From assembly GCA_032718475.1 (NCBI GenBank), contig JAUCBJ010005828.1, positions 1-61,590 of the forward strand: 61,590 nucleotides of DNA, written 5' to 3'. The translations under genes and the position numbers were made by a program. This DNA is from Nemertoderma westbladi. Lineage: Eukaryota; Animalia; Xenacoelomorpha. Below the pieces are notes generated by a model. The model did not search any database, had not been told where the DNA came from, and saw nothing but the letters and a program-made list of their open reading frames with translations. This document shows, one piece after another, positions 60,201 to 61,590 of the stretch. Numbering within the stretch: position 1 is the first letter of the stretch; every line of letters starts with the position of its first letter.

Positions 60201-61520
60201 GAACAAATAGAAGTAGGTCGAGCGGTGTCCTGCGGCTTGTCCTACCAGGTTTCATCCTGACAACAGGTGCTGTAGTTCACACTTTGTATACAAATTATTT
60301 TTTCAGATTGCACGAGTTTTTAACCTCTGTCGACAAGCAATGGCAATAAATAAAGACTTTTAGAAAATGGATTGACGTTAAAGGCTGACGAATTTAGAAA
60401 CAACGACACCACCAAATATCGGTCATGCAATATGCATTGATAATTAATATTTGTATGTTTAATATTGTAAACTGTTGTTCATAAAATTATAAAAAATCCG
60501 CATTTATTAATCACCAAGTATTTCAAATATAACAAATATAACATATCACAACACACAACAAATATATAACATTTCAAAATATAACACACCAATTAATGGT
60601 TAAAGTAAATTGAGCTGAGGACCTGGTAGGTATGACCGAGAATGGAGTACTGGGCGAAACAACGGAGGCATGAGAGTCTTATAGTTGATTCGTTGCAGAA
60701 CTTACATCGATGTTTTGGGACCTACAGGGGTGGACTAAGTGGTTTGTGAGATATTGTTTCGAATTTTTAGGGGATACAGAAAATAGTAAGTTGGAAGGAA
60801 AGTAAGTAGCTCTTCTGCCAATTATAGTTAGATGCCATATGTAGAGATCAATAACTACTGTCAATATGAGACGAATTGTGCAGGGCAGAATTTCGGTAAC
60901 CAATTACATTTGAGTAGCTCCTGATTAATTAAATGGTCGATTGACGGGTCTGAATAAAAGGCAATCAATTTAAATTAATGCAAGAATCCGCCACTCTCCG
61001 TACTTCTCGCATACTGAATGTGTTATGTAATAATCCCATGTGGGATTAATTTCCATATCTGATAAGTCCTCACAAATTTAAACAAATGGACCATTTTATC
61101 GGGGCCATTGTGGCCACCTGTTTGCTACAATGCCATGATAATTTCAGCTTAGTTTAGAATAATATTCCGCTCTCATCTGCTAATTATAAAAACAAGCATT
61201 TCATTAAGCAGATTTCTATGTCGGTACAGTTCAGTACCGTACCGGTACTGTTGGGAAACATTATCGTTTGGTTCCTAGTAGGGACCGATAGAGGAAACAT
61301 CACTGAAAGATTGGATACCTGGGCTGGACGTCAGTTGCACAGTTTGGGGTCCGCGATTCAAATCCGCTTCCATGCCTTGTTATTCGATGGCTTCCTGCTG
61401 TTATTGGAACTTTATCAGTGGGTGATGATGACCTTCACTCTCCATTATTTAATTACCTAACACATACTTGAGATAGTTTGTCTGCGAGCGAGCAGCGACA
61501 CTATTTACCAACCGAGCTTC

Positions 61521-61590
61521 CAGACAGGGGGGGGGGGGGGGGGGGGGGGGGGACTGGACGCAATAAAAATTCATCCATCTCCAGATCTCC
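61521..61590 (+). mobile_element. MITE family A left end
   Basis: cagacaG(n)actggacgcaataaaaattcatcc. Confidence 0.75.

Overview
AT-rich, repeat-dense animal (probably invertebrate) genomic DNA; no prokaryotic features, rRNA, tRNA or CRISPR seen. One host gene is clearly recognisable: a histamine H1-like aminergic GPCR on the minus strand. Its TM3-end to TM6 exon is at 52048-50464. Its TM7/C-terminal exon, absent from the ORF track, is at 31617-31396, and TM1-TM3 were not found in the window. The 18.8-kb intron between these exons holds a 13.9-kb array of about 331 copies of a 42-bp satellite, which produces the giant repetitive ORFs. The rest is mostly transposons: young and decayed LINEs (CR1-group, RTE, RTEX-like), a decayed pogo-type transposase, MITEs, a BEL/Pao-like LTR, and hairpin-ended elements with long TIRs (Crypton-like). 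There are also 63-bp, 93-bp and 30/13-bp tandem repeats. The most interesting observations are an inverted pair of minimal hammerhead-like motifs, an RTE inserted antisense into its own family's 3' UTR with a 12-bp TSD, a TA-site excision footprint amplified inside a minisatellite, a decayed gag-like ORF, and a probable antisense exon of an unknown gene. I found no unambiguous new multi-gene system; family assignments are from motif recognition, not database searches.
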